The position numbers were made by a program, and so were the translations under genes. From Nannocystis bainbridge (GTDB lineage: Bacteria; Myxococcota_A; Polyangia; Nannocystales; Nannocystaceae): a DNA stretch of 64,000 bases. The stretch spans positions 3,616,001 to 3,680,000 of the forward strand of contig NZ_JAQNDL010000001.1 of NCBI RefSeq assembly GCF_028368995.1. The letters run 5' to 3'. Positions 63,296 to 64,000 of this stretch are shown one piece after another (position 1 is the first letter of the stretch; every line of letters starts with the position of its first letter). Below the pieces are notes generated by a model. The model worked only from the letters and a program-made list of their open reading frames with translations, was not told where the DNA came from and made no database searches.

Positions 63296-64000
63296 GTGGC
63301 GCGCGGAGTCGGCGAGATCGCGGGAACCCCGGCGCTGGCCTGCGTCGCCGCCACCGCGCTCGCGCTGCTCGTCACCGCCGCGGTGTTCTACCTGCTGGCG
63401 CGGCGGCTGCGGGATCAGGCCCGGCTCGAGCAAACCTCGCTGACCACGCCGCCGCCGCTGACGAACGGCCCGGTCGCGCTCGCCGGCACCGTCGAGACCA
63501 GCGACGGCGCCGCGGCGATCGAGGTCACGCTCGAGGAGGAGCGCGAAGACGGCGACTGGCGCGAGGTCAGCCGCACCACCGCCGCCCGGCCGTTCGTCCT
63601 GCGCCTCGAAGGCGGCGCCGCGGTGCGGGTCGTGCCGGGCGACGCTCCGCTGCTGCTCGACGCCCTCGGCCCCGCCGAGACCCTCGCGCCCGCTCACCAG
63701 CGACGGCGCGCGAGCCTCGACAACGGCGAGCGCGTGTTCGTGCGCGGCCTCTTGCGCCGCAGCGGCGAGCCCGGCGGCGCCTCCCCGTACCGCGCTGGCG
63801 ACCCGCCGTTCGAGCTCGCGGCCCCGCGACGCGGCCCGATGGTGCTGTCAACCGAGGCTTTGAGCGGCGCGCTCGAGCGGCGCGCCGGCGACCACCTCGG
63901 CCGCAGCCACCTGCTCCTGGCCAGCCTCGCCGTCGTCGTCCTGCTCTCGCTGCACGTGTTGTTCGCCGCGCTGTGGTGGATCGTCGTCGACGCTCCCCCG
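63296..64000 (+). CDS. Partial membrane protein with GIDE-like domain (runs off window)
   Basis: Own translation: VARGVGEIAG...TM...GPVALAGTVET...WREV..ARPFVLRL...LDNGERVFVRG...SPYR...TM. Confidence 0.6.
   Translation, partial: MARGVGEIAGTPALACVAATALALLVTAAVFYLLARRLRDQARLEQTSLTTPPPLTNGPVALAGTVETSDGAAAIEVTLEEEREDGDWREVSRTTAARPFVLRLEGGAAVRVVPGDAPLLLDALGPAETLAPAHQRRRASLDNGERVFVRGLLRRSGEPGGASPYRAGDPPFELAAPRRGPMVLSTEALSGALERRAGDHLGRSHLLLASLAVVVLLSLHVLFAALWWIVVDAPP

Overview
This is a high-GC window (roughly 73-74% by eye) of a myxobacterial chromosome. A Nannocystis/Polyangiales-like host is inferred from the vWA lipoproteins, a MYXO-CTERM protein, eukaryote-like Ser/Thr kinases and an ERG24-type sterol reductase. 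About 47 CDSs can be supported, including add, clpB, nudC, a P450-TetR-ferredoxin operon, an HK/sigma54-RR pair with its target promoter, and a giant STK-AAA-GAF-PAS-HK with two response regulators. No rRNA, tRNA or CRISPR was seen. The most striking unexplained signal is a 14-bp spaced palindrome, TGTC-N6-GACA. I count 24 perfect copies by eye plus many degenerate ones. They occur singly and in pairs inside genes, where they distort codon usage, and as head-to-tail 14-bp-period arrays of up to 7 units at gene 3' ends, especially between convergent genes. This points to an unannotated, chromosome-wide protein-binding or structural element. Other notable items are a circularly permuted pyroglutamyl peptidase, a histone-H1-like/SUKH/WGR giant protein bracketed by the arrays, a TPR lipoprotein with two catalytically dead retropepsin domains, and a rearrangement scar next to the P450 operon.
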